Shown piece by piece: positions 1 through 12,900 of a stretch of DNA of 64,000 bases; positions within the stretch are counted from its first letter, which is position 1; each line of letters opens with the position of its first letter. The DNA lies in assembly GCA_051362555.1 (NCBI GenBank), contig CM120645.1, forward strand, positions 23,092,934-23,156,933. The letters are read 5' to 3'. The position numbers and the translations under genes were made by a program. The notes under the pieces are model-generated. The model was not told the DNA's origin. It searched no databases and saw only the letters and a program-made list of their open reading frames with translations. This DNA comes from Lingula anatina. Lineage: Eukaryota; Animalia; Brachiopoda.

Positions 1-404
1 AAATATTGTATTCTATTTTATCAATCAAGGACTCAATATTTCCTCACCAGACAATCTCTTTAAGAAGTAATACACATCTAAAACTAAATTTCTTTTGTCT
101 CACATTTGGAAAGTCCACAAAGTCCGGCTTGTGGTTGTTATCAGTGTCAGGGAAAACTACATTTAACTTGCGAGGTCAACCAGAGGCTTATATGAACTCG
201 TCATTTATCACTTTTGACTAATTAAAAGCAAAACTCCAAGACAATAATACTCATACTTAATAAATAAGTAACTTTTTTTTAATTATAACTTATACTGATT
301 CGGTTAATTTTTCAATTGGTGAAATCATAACCACTTACCTTAACAATGGTCCCATGCCTCCCCCCCACCCCCCAGGCGCGTGCCAATACATTTACAGTAT
401 CAGT

Positions 405-406
<2 letters not shown>

Positions 407-452
<46 letters not shown>
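407..452. repeat. (CA)n then (TA)n microsatellite
   Basis: Directly visible dinucleotide runs. Confidence 0.9.
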
Positions 453-453
<1 letters not shown>

Positions 454-2591
454 CAAAGGCGTACAAAGCAAAGTTTACACTATACAGAACACAATTTGAT
501 GTATATTCAGGATCTAATCCTGAATTACGATACAGGTCTTTGCAATGCATGTCAACTGATTCACCCTTTCCAGTATACTTACGGGCTGATATGATCCTAT
601 ATAGACAAAAACCATTATGGTTTGCCAGCCGTATGCTTGTGCTATATGTTAAAAATCCTGAGATGAATAAACTTTAAATAATTACTACCTAGATCCTACG
701 GTAAAAAAACGAGACAATAGCACTCCGTCTAACATTAGTTCTAACTATAGGTCTTTGCCATAGATGCAAACAAACAAACAAACGAACAAAATAAAAAAAA
801 AATCAAAGTTTAACTTACTGTTAAGGTCGTATTTTTAAAAACGGTTCAAAAGAGTGAAGCTCCAACAAAATTTCCCGCAACATCAACAAGTTTACCAAAG
901 ACTGCTAATTACCATAAATGCCTACCAGAATAAAGTGAGAAAATGTGATATCCACTTATAGCAGCAGCCGTTTTGCTGTAAGGTCGCTGAATGAATGAGT
1001 TACCGTCTCTTAGTCATATTATATACATTGATGTAGGATGCAGGGCCAGGCTCATTATTTCAGCAAAGCTTATACAAATAATTATCGATCATAATTGGCA
1101 TTTTTGGAGCGTCACATGCTGGCGTTCATAGGGAAACAATTGATAAAGCTTTTAGATGTTGTTCTGACAGTTTTCGTGCATTAACCAATTATCGTATACG
1201 TATTTATAACAAGATAACTCATTAGATACGCGGTGCTGTGGGACGTGTGACAAAAACTAAGCCTATCAACAATTCCACTGATGTCTATATAATATATAAC
1301 TGCACTTTCGTTTGTTTTTAGTTGCAATAAAACACCTTCCATCAGATTAATAATATATCACTCCCTGGAGATTGAGCCGAGGCCGATTCACATAAAACTT
1401 GGAATGGTTAATCTCACCGACCCGCCTGTTTACTATTATCTCATCATAGTATCACTGAAAGCCGTTCTAATCTCACTGGTTCCCACTCATCCCCATTGTA
1501 ATCAAGGCGCGTGCCTTTGGTGAGCTTACCGCTACCAGAGAGTGTTCTGCTGGGATGACTGGTTCTTATAGTTAGGCCGGTCTATCTTCACTGGGAATGC
1601 GCCTGCAGCTGCATGCAGAAAGAATACCAACAAAAAAATCTCTGTCAACGGTTGACGTGCATGTGGAGAAAGAGTCCAGGGGAGAGAAACTTAAATAGGT
1701 CTCTACGAAATTGTTCCTAAAATGCATGAGTACACTTTTTTCTCAAAGACCAGATGTGAAACTGCTGGAACGTTTACACTCGGTTACCGGTAATATTTAC
1801 ATGTAAAGTTCTCCCGAGGTATGCTGTAACCTCGCCTGCCTTTCTCTCCCTAAAAAACCTCTAATTAATTCAAACAAGTGCCCTAGTTCATTCCCTCTTG
1901 GGATCCAACCTAGCTCTCTGAACATTCTTTCTAAATTTAATCTTGATGATTTAATGCGACAGGTAAGTAGAAACAATGGTGGCGTTTGTCACTTCCCCAT
2001 GGCCCCATCACATTAACATGAGAAGTCCGGGGTCAATACAGTGAGGCTGTGCATTCTCTCAGCTAACATTCACGATTTCACAACAACAAACAGCATGAAG
2101 AGAGAAAATTTTTGGAAGACCTAAAGCAGAAAATTGTGGCGTTCAAATACATGAAGGATGGAGGCTGCCATACTATAGTACATGTAGTAGGACTTACCAC
2201 AGTATTCCAATTTACCCACACGAACACTTTAACCGATTTTATCACATACCGTTTTAGCCTTAACGTAAAGGTGCAGACACTTGGTTGTACTACCCCCATC
2301 CAGCTGTACAATCCTACTGCTGTTCCGCTCATAGATCGCTGAAAGTGCTGCCCGCATAGCTCAGGGACTATAACGCTGATTGCAATAAACTGTCTCTTTT
2401 GAAGCAGGGACGAAAACAGTTTCTAGCGAAATATGTTTGAGGGTTACTTTATACTTTATCTACAGACCTTAGGTACGTTGTGAGGCTTCTCGGTCGAATG
2501 GGTAGAACTGCTCGGCTCCAGAGGCGGGGTTTTTATAGAGCTGTTGCAAATGACATCACATCCTCTCTTCTAGACTAATTCACAAAAAAAA

Positions 2592-2624
<33 letters not shown>

Positions 2625-2710
2625 TAAATAAATAAATAAAATTAAAAAAAAATAAATAGAAAATTAAAAAAAAAACGGCAAGTAATCATTTTTCGTTTTT
2701 GTGAATTTAA

Positions 2711-2891
2711 GGACGCGTTCAGAACAGTGGACTAACTGGTCCGAGGGTCAAATATGGCCCACCCACTTGCATACCTCTACACTAGGAACCTATTTAGTGT
2801 CTTTTAGCAGATTAGGCCCACACGGCAAGCTTTTCAGTGGGTCGCCATATTTGACCCGCGGACTAGTTAGTCCACTGCTCTGAATGCGGCC
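2711..2891. mobile_element. PIF/Harbinger (Tourist-like) MITE
   Basis: Imperfect inverted arms of about 55 bp (GGACGCGTTCAGAACAGTGGACTAACTGGTCC... versus the reverse complement of ...GGACTAGTTAGTCCACTGCTCTGAATGCGGCC), with TAA on both sides (2708-2710 and 2892-2894). Confidence 0.75.
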
Positions 2892-3659
2892 TAAAATTGA
2901 TTGGTATATAACCAGACACCGAAACGTAACGAAACTGAGGGTCCGTGTAACAGAAAGTCCGCCCTCCATTTAGTTATAACGGTTAAGGTTAGCCTGACCT
3001 AAGTGGGTCAAAATCTAGGACGAGGCTTACCTGTACAAATGAATGGGAAGCGACTCTCTATCATGGAGGACTCTGTCACGTAACACCGGCAGCACCTCGG
3101 AAGGGAAGAGAGATTTCAAGACTTTAAATACGCCCAAAGGACAAGTCACCTCTCGAACACCCTATTGTCATCAGGATAGTGAGTCACTATATAGTGTGCA
3201 CATGTGCAGTTTTTCAAAAGTTTACATAATTAGATGTTGTCCAAAGAGTTATTGTATTATTCACTGACACCACCAGTAGATGACCGTGAAAAGAACTGTC
3301 TGAAACGTGCAATTTATAGGTGTAGATGCTCAAGGTACATGTACGCCAAAGCGCATATTTGATAACGGTACCTTTACAAGTGGTGTTGACTTCAAGGCAA
3401 ATATAAGTTACATGGAAATTCACTTTGCACGGATCTTATTTTTATATTGTCAGTTTTGTTTCGTTTCGGTCAGATTTGGCAATTTGATTTTAACCACGTT
3501 CAATTTCAGAGCGCGTGCACTGCAACATGCTGTCAGACCGACCTAATAACCCCTGGCCCACTCAGCTGTCTTTTTCAGCTGGCCATGCCAGTTTGAGTGA
3601 GGTCAAAATCTTACTCTCTGCCGATTTCTTCCTGTTAAACCCCAATTTAAATTGGAAAG

Positions 3660-4151
3660 CAGGGCCATAGCCTGAGCAAAATGCCAGGGGGGGCAGTAAG
3701 CGGACACTAGGGGGCGAAGCCCCCGAGGGGGGAGGGTGTGGGAAGGGGTGTCCCCCTCCCACGGTGTGGAAAATTTTTAAAAACTGTATGTATAATACTG
3801 CACTTGGTGCATTTTAACTGTTATTTATTGGTCAATCAGAAGTCAGAAATTGTGGGTTCATTTTGCCATAAGTACAGTCATTTTTTCAACACAACACGCC
3901 AATTGGCCTGGGGGATAGCTCCCTCAGGGAGGGTGAGCTTTTTTGGCATGAACTGAGTTGGCTAAAAACAGTAAACCTTTGTAAACAGATTGTTGAATGA
4001 TTGTCTAGTGGCCATGAGTGCCTTTTCTCACAGAATTGATACCAACTTTGCAATTATTTTTTTACCTTTGCGATTATTTTTTTTGCACCCCAATTTCCAG
4101 GGGGGGCAGCTGCCCCCCCCCCCCCCCGCCCCCTCGGAGGCTACGGCCCTG
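3660..4151. mobile_element. Non-autonomous hAT-like DNA element with 5-bp TSD
   Basis: Termini CAGGGCCATAGCC ... GGCTACGGCCCTG are inverted with 1 mismatch; GAAAG directly flanks both ends (3655-3659 and 4152-4156); G/C-run-rich subtermini. Confidence 0.75.
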
Positions 4152-4380
4152 GAAAGAAATCTCAATCAGTTTCAAGCTGGGTTCGTTACCCACCCAAGAT
4201 ACAATTACGATTTTATCAGTTATAGTAGCAAACAGGAAACCAATACGTTACTGAAACCAACTGCAGAATAGGGACCCGTTTTAGTTTGTGGTGTTCAATT
4301 CTTGGATCCCTTTCATCTACCTAGGCCGAAGCTATTACTTAATTGTCCCGTGAATAATCCTATTTCGATTTTGACTATAA

Positions 4381-4560
4381 GACCCCATTTCCATAGATTA
4401 GATCGATCTACTTTAGCTGTCAGCCGAGCTGTCAGCTAAGTTAATTACCCCCTTACAGCTTGTAGTAGGCGGGACGGACATTTAAGCCGGATTATCTGAC
4501 AGTAATCTAGTGAGACTCCCCACGGGGATAGATCGATCTAAAAGCTCTGGGAATACGCGC
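4381..4560. mobile_element. Degenerate MITE (inverted arms)
   Basis: ATTTCCATAGATTAGATCGATCTA versus the reverse complement of TAGATCGATCTAAAAGCTCTGGGAAT; TAA on the left side. Confidence 0.5.
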
Positions 4561-4879
4561 CAAGGCAGTGCAATCAAATTACAATACAGGCGTAGGCAGC
4601 TTCCATCATCTCGCCATATACATAGGAACCTATTTTTCTTTTGACATTAAAGTGAGCCTTTAAGCCTTTAAAGTAATCAAAGAAAAAAGTAGGATGTGAA
4701 ACCAAGTTACTCATTTTGATCTAATTGATGCAGCAACCCGATCTTATAAATTCTAGAAAATAAAATAGCTATTTATCAATCATATGGGCCAATTTGCCCA
4801 AATGAAGATTTCAATGCAAGGACAGTATCATTACCTATCTTCACTTAAGAAGAGGACAATGATTGATAGTTACTCTACA

Positions 4880-5100
4880 AACAGGATTTCACGAGAAATA
4901 TTATTGATACAGTCGTCAACTCGAAAGGAAAAGCCTTGCTTGAATTATGAAGCACAGCTACATTTAAGATCCTTAATGGTAGAATTAAAGGGAACTCGTT
5001 AGGATGCAACATTTGCTATAGGCCTACTAAGCATGGGTGTAGGGAAGTCGATTACGTTGTCACAAATGATAGACTAATGAGAGAAATCATGTACGTTTTA
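4880..5100 (+). mobile_element. Decayed non-LTR retrotransposon AP-endonuclease fragment (CR1/L2/RTE-X-like)
   Basis: Translation DTVVNSKGKALLEL*STATFKILNGRIKGNSLGCNICYRPTKHGCREVDYVVTN matches the typical LINE APE pattern N.NG..LL.LC....L.ILNGR..G...G..TC....G.SVVDY, with an in-frame stop. Confidence 0.65.
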
Positions 5101-7815
5101 TTGTAACTTATAGATTATTTATCAAAGTGAAACCATTATCTGTTAGACCTTGCAATCTACACTGCTGGTATTTAAGTAGAGTGACCCACCCATTTAATAC
5201 AAATTTCAAAGACCGCTACTTTTTAGAAACAGACTCCACTGAAAAAAGTTAAAAGCTCTCAAAAGTGGGGGCAAAGCACATACGTGTACTTCCCGCCATC
5301 TAAATAACAATATACAATACAATCTCGGAACGAACCTATAGTTCATTTGACGGCGGCCATAAACAGTGTGGGTTTCTATGCTTACAAGTAGAAAAAGAGA
5401 AAAGTAAGAACTGACACCAGGTTATTCGTTAATTTTCGAATCCTGGTAATAACTTACGTACATCCGTGGGAGATTGAAGGTCAGGACATATTGTGATGGC
5501 ATCCCAGGAGGAGCCTTGACTACCGCTGCAAATTGGATTAATCTAACATTTCTAAGGCCCCATTCCTATAGACACCATCTTTCAGTTAAGATGATTGCTC
5601 TGTACTGCCCCACAAGAATATTTGCAAGCTAAATAAATAAATAAATAATGAAACATCGTCACCCAGCTCGCCTCGGATAGAGAATAAGTAGGCTTACAGG
5701 TAGAGTTGGGCATGTTGTGTGTGCGCGTGTGTGCGTGCGTGCGTGTGAGTGGGGAGGGTCTTGTCCCTTAACTTTGCTGATCTACACTTACTTGAACATA
5801 ATATAATTCTGGATACACAAATGTGGAGCATTTTGGAATAAAACAACACCATGAAAAACCGATACCGCAATACTTACCTATCTTACTATATCATTAGTAT
5901 TACTTACTATTATCATTAGTATTAAATTTCAAAGGTGAGCATATAATGCCTAGGCGAATTGCCACCTTTATTTATACTGTATCAATATTTAACCCTCTTG
6001 AGAATAAAGATGTTAAAAAAAAAAAAAAAAACTTACCTATCGTTTCTTCATCTCTGTTTGAAGTCCCAGGTTTAAAACACCCTGTTGACTTTTGCATCTG
6101 AATTCGTGTAAAAATAGAACTTTCGTAGCAGGGGAAATAATCCCTGCGTTTATGAAGGATGCAGCTTATCTATGTTTATTCGTAGAATGAAAAAGGAAAG
6201 ATTTCTGAAAATTCTCTATCTTTATGCCTTTACGATCCTATGCACTATAACTCATAGTACGAGTAATTACTACGGCGCGGCAGTATAGGCCTCAAAACGG
6301 ACATTTGCATTCATTCTCATTAATTTAGCATTAACTGTTTCATCATACAACCGTTGAAATATCGCCACATCACCATGCATGATTTATTCTTCGTCGTGTT
6401 AATGGTCCATTATCTTTATTTAATAATAAGAATCACATTTCGTTTTTATTTATTACCTCACTCATTATCTGTATTCTTAAAACGAGTGATATCCATATCA
6501 TGATTAAATTTAAACTACAAAATTCGATTTTATAATACACGGCTTAAACCAAATCCATCCCAGGTCGTTACCTTCGAGTTCCACAGCAATCAGACATATG
6601 AAAAATAGCGATTTTCTGTTATTAAATGAATTAAGACGGCTACGAGACTATTACGTATTGTGTTCGGCGTCGCACCTATCACACTCTCAACGCCATGCAA
6701 CCGGTATCACAACTACCGCATTTTCATCATCAAGTGGTGTTCATTGAATCATCTTGTCTGAGTACAACACAAAGGTACAGATATGTACACGCAAAACTTA
6801 GCTATTATCAATTTTTTTTAACTGTGCAACAGACACGGACAGATTTATTATTGAAAAAGGCATTGCTGCAAAACGAATAAACACAAACGGGGCAATTATT
6901 TTGCTAGCCTATACATGACAAGAGATGTATCTATTTTGTATAGCAATACTGAGATAAATGACACTGAGATGCAGAAAAAGACCTTACGCATCTGAAGACT
7001 TCTGCGCAGTTGGCCATGTACTGTATGTAACTTGTATAGTATAACATTACTTCAAGACTGGAGGCACAACTAGCACATTCTGAACATTTGCTCACCTGGA
7101 AGCACAACTATCACAATCTCACTCCTGTTAGCTTAAACCATGCCTTCTTGAACATATCTCATCTTGTCACTAGCACAGACCCCTCACAATCTTCCACAAC
7201 TTGAAGCAGTGATGATGTATGGATTAAGAAAAAATTCATGACATCTGAATTGAAAATCTCCACAGTCCAAGATTCTGAGAAAAAAAGGTCATGTTTGTCC
7301 AATCCACTTCAAGTAATGATAACAAACATCATTAGTAAAATCAAAATACATTTTATTACAGTTTGTGTTGATGCATAAACTGATGCCATGAATAATTTAA
7401 CTAAAACGTGCACAAATGTGCCCAGGAAGATGTCTATAATTTGTCGTTCTTGGCAAGTGTACAGCAATTCAGACATCCCTAATGAAAAAAGTCCTATAGG
7501 ATCCAATAAGACATCCTTTGAGACATGCAACCTTTATCATCTCATTCATGTCAATAAATACAACACCACATGAAAAATTGTCTATGTTATGCAGCGACCA
7601 ATAAAGTGTTTGTCTATTGTGTCAGGGAAAACTATTGGCCATTTTTATATTTACAAGATTCAAATTTTTAACTCCCATTCAAGGGTTTAAAAATCTGAAG
7701 AACATCCTTAATGCCCTGATCATCACTGTAATATAAAGTGTGCATTTCCCCACCGTCCAGGTCACATCTGGCTAGTACAATATCTCTCACACCGTTCTCA
7801 AGGATAAGGAAGAGA

Positions 7816-9647
7816 TCAATCGAGATCATTCTCCGCCTGTTTTATCCTCCACTTTCCTGTCAGATGTTCGGGCAAGGGCTCATAGCCTGGGCAAGGCACC
7901 TGTCCCGGCACTTCACAAATACACCAGCGTGGACAGTCAAAACCAAACTTGGGGGAAATGTTGCTCCTCAGTGTGCGCTCTTCAAACTCCCTCCTTTCTC
8001 TCCTATAATCAATCAAATAATAAACAAATCTATCAATCAATCAATCAACTTTTATCAATAGTAACAATTATGCTTACAATAATACTAATAATGATATTTA
8101 AAATGATTAAATTACTAAATACAATTCTGCAGAATGCAAAAAAGAGAAGAGTGAGGAAGTAAGGAAACAGTGGATTTCTGATTCATACAATAAAAAGAAA
8201 AATGTCTTGTTGGCAAATCTGGAAGAAAACGGATAAAATTAACACATGGCAAACAATCTTTATTTTAACAGGGAACATATTTCTTATGAATTCAGACCCC
8301 CAAGAGTTGGAAAAATATAAAAATTTCAGCAGGTAATCTTATAATCATAAAATGTTAATGTGTGAATAAGGTCCATTGATTCCCACAGATACCCTTGGTC
8401 TATTTGGACAGACCAAACTCTGCGGGGACTCATGCTGACTACGGTCAGCTTAACTGAATCACACGCCTCCTCCTGGCGATGAGCAGAATACAGAAAAGCA
8501 GGCAATTATATATATGTATGTTGGAAACAAAAGGAGGCGTGTCATTCAGTTACACTGATTGCACTCAGCAGGAGTCCCTGCAGAGTTGGGTCAATCCATG
8601 TAGGCAGACGGGGTCTTAGACTAATACACTTACTGTGGTATTCCTATAACAAGGTCCATGTGTGCCATAATTTCATCTTTAGTTTTACTATCAGTATCAA
8701 TTACCATCTCTGAGCCATCATCTGAAAAGAGAAAAACCGTTGTGGACGGTAGTGGTTGGTTGTGCTAGGTTGTCGATGGTGTTTATAGGTACACCGTAGG
8801 TTTTTCACAAAATGAAACTTATGCTATGTGACATATTCTTAACTGTCATTGGCTTAGATATCCCCGTTAAAATGAACTTCTAATGGAGAGAGTACAATGG
8901 TCTTACCTATCAGGCACCGGATACATGGTATAGGGGTCATGTTCTTACCCATCAGGCACCGGATACATGGTAAAGGGGTCGTTCTTACCTATCAGGCACC
9001 GGATACATGGTATAGGGGTCATGTTCTTACCTATCAGGCACCGGATACATGGTATAGGGGTCATGTTCTTACCTATCAGGCAACGGATACATGGTATAGG
9101 GGTCATGTTCTTACCTATCAGGCACCGGATACATGGTATAGGGGTCATGTTCTTGAAAATGGCGATCTGTACTTGTGGGTTCTGATATCTGATCTGTGGA
9201 ATGTGCCAAAACACAATCTGCCTGAATAAGAAAAAATGCAAATGTCAATAGCTGTATACAACATGGAAACTATTACTGTTGACTAGAATGATTCAGATTT
9301 AAAGTGTCTTTATCCAATTGAAGAACCTCAGCCTCAGGTATTTTGTTTACAGTACGCACGTTTCATGTACAACTTGAATTTGTTTTACTGATAACACATG
9401 GGGTCATGTTTGTTTTCTTTTCATCTTCACTTGGTTAATTTTCTTAAAGGCTGATGTATTGCAACAAGAACGCAGACGGTGGACATCGTTAATTTCACTT
9501 CCATCCTTACTTCAGTCCAGTGCTATTCTTCTCATCAACGTTGTAGTGTATAATCATCGTCCTCACTCCTTTCCTAATTCTAAGATTCCCGCTTTTCAAG
9601 TAGTTTAAAGACCGACGAATGGCAGCTCTCCCTTTTAAAAAAGGCAT
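7816..9647 (-). CDS. MRPS25: Mitochondrial ribosomal protein S25 (mS25), 4 exons, 172 aa
   Basis: Exons 9647-9511 ([20 protein letters not shown]...), 9221-9115 ([35 protein letters not shown]), 8721-8634 ([21 protein letters not shown]) and 8002-7816 (...[22 protein letters not shown]...). All introns GT-AG, phases consistent, 519 nt total. Motifs match mS25 (IPQIQYKNP.VQI..FKNMTP; CICEV.GQVPCP). Confidence 0.95.
8388..8616. mobile_element. MITE-like inverted repeat in MRPS25 intron 3
   Basis: Imperfect arms of about 80 bp (GACCAAACTCTGCGGGGACTCATGCTGA...CACGCCTCCT versus its reverse complement at about 8531-8616); shares the GGACTCCTGCTGA core with 42788-42953. Confidence 0.65.
8901..9154 (-). 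repeat. 42-bp tandem array (6 copies) spanning the MRPS25 exon 2 end and its 5' splice site
   Basis: Unit on minus strand CATGACCCCTATACCATGTATCCGGTGCCTGATAG|GTAAGAA; GT donors at 9114, 9072, 9030, 8988, 8948 and 8906 (one unit is 40 bp). Confidence 0.95.
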
Positions 9648-9943
9648 TGTGTGTAGTGTTTCTTTTACTACAATAAAGTCCAGTTAAAACTTAACAACTA
9701 ATGTTAATAATCAACTTTACTCAAAGCATGTCGCATCCGTAAATGGGTACTCGTTTTACAGCATTATCCAAACCTTAGTACAAAGTTGGTGAAACCTGGG
9801 ATCATTTTCCAAAAAATATTTTTTATCTTTTATCAGATGGTTGACAGAAGATTTTCATACGTCTTTTATATTATAGGGTTGAAACAGGAATAACCTTCAG
9901 TGACCTTCAATGCAACAACCGCAAGTAGGTACTAACAAGACGT
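9648..9943. promoter_or_regulatory. Putative bidirectional promoter and 5' UTRs between MRPS25 and the ARMC10-like gene
   Basis: Divergent ATGs (9647 minus, 9944 plus) are only 296 bp apart. Confidence 0.65.
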
Positions 9944-12900
9944 ATGGCACCTGTCGGCAGTAACGCTGCAAAAGCTGCAGGAATTGTAGTGCTTGTAGCG
10001 GGTCTGGTGTTTGTAGGATATCGTATCAGGCAATATATCATCAAGAAAAAGAAACAAGAAAACGAACCAGAAGGTAAGCATTCAGTAAATTTTATTTTCA
10101 TTTATCAAAAATATCTCATGTTTTCTGTGAAGTCAAATTGCCCATGCGTACTGTAAAAGCAAGTTTCATTGGAGCAACGTGCGTTTCGTCATCGACAGAA
10201 TCGATTACCTACTTTCCTTTTCTGGAGTACAGCTGGGCTCCATAATTTATTCCCAGGTGTGACTTCCAGACCATGAATAAAATGTCACGTTCAGTTATTT
10301 GTAGGACGCAGGCGACCTTGTTAATGGGGTTGTCATGGTGTCTGGATGTCACTCGTGTTAGATAGGCGGAGTGACATCAGCATTTTGATGAACGTGTAAT
10401 CCGTGTAACATTAACAGCAAATGACAACAAAATAGCGAGTAAAAGTATTTTTCTTTCCCCTCTGATAATGTTCTTATTTCTGTAAGATAAAAGATATAAA
10501 TTATGCTAAGTGTCAACAAGGGGAAGATATACCCATGCCACTGATCAAGAATACATTGAATATTGTAAAACATCCATTGCTGCGGATACTGTAAGTGAAC
10601 TATAGGTATAATAAAAACATACTAAAACACTGAAGATTCTAGGTTGGCTTTTTCTAATAAAAAACAAGTATTGATCTTGGAAAAGCTCATATTTTGGATG
10701 TTTCATTTGTGAATTTAAACTTTATTTTTAACCAGTAAAATTATATGGTATGGTTAAGATTTTCTATGAGGAAAAAGATGAAAAGTGTTTTCATTTTTAT
10801 TTTGTTCAGATTTCCATTTTGTAGAAGATGTGTCTGCTTCGTACAGCTCAGAGAGTCCATCACTGTCGACACCGACACCACTTGAAGAAAACACCACATT
10901 GAAAGCTACAGTCAGAGAAGGTAAAGGTTATCTGATACAAGCAATAAGGTAGTATTACTGACTCACTAGTATTGAACTGTAATCATGATGACAGGGAAGA
11001 TTTATCTAAAATGCTTATAGACTTAATTGTAAATAAACCTAAAGACATGGCATTTTATATTTTAAAAGAAAAATTGTAGTTTAAGGCATTCAGTTCTATA
11101 TTCAGGGCTCACGAGACGAGTGCACCATTAATTATAATGTTTGCTTATTATAACTTTCAACCTTAATCATAGATTTTTGTTTTGTTTTGTTTTGTTTCTG
11201 ATATATGTACAAAGTTTGGTGACTTGTAGGCCCATGTGGCTAGGTGATTGGTATGCCTATTCACATGTCATGTTAATAAATAAATACTATACTCTTACCT
11301 TAAGTACAAAGAATGTCTGCAAAAATAAAAATAACATTGATATTGAGACTCCAATTTTTAAAAAGTATTTTAACAAACAAATTTTGAAGTGGATAAAGTT
11401 ATTGTAAAATGTATCGTCTGTTTTCAACAGATTTATTCATTTAAAATAATTCACCTATTTGGCTGAAAGAGATTTTACCGCAGAGTGAGTCCAATCAAGT
11501 ACATCATATTTTTAGTGACTATTGTAGGGGACCACTGGTCTCATATCATGTGTCTAACAATAGTATTAATGAAGGGAATCAATATGTAATTGTGTGAGGG
11601 GAATACATAATTGTGTTGAGAGCTGGCAACCTTTACTGCATTCGTATAATGATGCAGACAGCTGACAATTAGGTAAGCAATGTTTGGCATATGCTGTAAC
11701 TCTCAGCAGCAGTGGCTCAACATGGAGTCAGCCAAAACAAAGTGTGTTTCTGGTAAATGCCTGTATTCTAAACATATAACTTCTTGATAGTATGGGTACA
11801 TGTATTTATGAATCATGTGTATTTTCATTTATTTATACTCTCACAGACTAAGACTGTTAAGGAAAATTATTAACAGATTACCAAAGTTTTTATTATTGAT
11901 TATTTTTTTTATAAATTATTTGTCGAGATGAAGTTTTTGAAATTGATATTAGGCCTTATAATGCCCAAAGCCAAACCTCTATTGTTTTAACCATAGCAGC
12001 ATTAGCTTATTATTACTAGTATTATTATTTTGTTATTATTGTCCTGTCATACCTTCTACTCACTGTAATTCATATGAAAAAGATGAGTCATACTGAGAGA
12101 GAAAAGTTCACCAGAATGTTATTCTTGATAGGAATGTATTGAGTAATCCCTCAGGGTTAGAGGAGCCTCTTGATTAGCATCCTCACCTGGATATTCATCC
12201 CCTGGAACTTGTTTTCCCTTTACATGAGTACAGTCTTGTATCTGAGAAATTGGTTCAAAATTTCCTCAGTTGAAATGGCATGCACCTCATTTAATAACTT
12301 TTATGCATGATTTCAAAGAGTACCAGTGTTTATTTGACTGTTCGTTGGAAAACGTTTGCTATCGGCCATGGTATATTGATTCTCATTTATGAGATTTCAT
12401 CATGTAATCAAATTTTACTTTGTTGTTTATACAGTTGTTGGGAAGTCTCTTTGATCTGGAGCTCAATTGCCTTTAGCCTAGTGTGTACTGCTCTTGCTTT
12501 TTGGATTCTTGTTGAACCTCTTTCTATAAATGTTATTTAAATGTCACACTTGAAAAGAATGATAGAAGCAACCCGCCTGCATACTTAAATACTTAATTTG
12601 ATTTAGCATTGTGTATACTTAATATTTATTTGTTGGGGGGGGGGGGATTGAACTACTCAATGCATTTGCCTCATAATAATAATGTACATTTAAAAGACTG
12701 CTTATATACTTAATAAAGGCCACTATAACTCCTGTTTCAGGCTCAGCAGATGAAGAAGCCAAGGGCAGTCAGGACTCCAGCCAAAATGTTTCGTCCAACG
12801 TCCTCACACCCCTCACCCCACCAAATAGCATCTCCTCCGACCTTACCCCCTCCACTGCCCCCAGTATGCTGCACAACTTTGAGATGGTGGCAGACTCCCT

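Noticed and set aside
8897-9229. Plus-strand repetitive ORFs ([14 protein letters not shown] and [14 protein letters not shown] repeats)
   Set aside because: Antisense by-products of the 42-bp array over MRPS25 exon 2.
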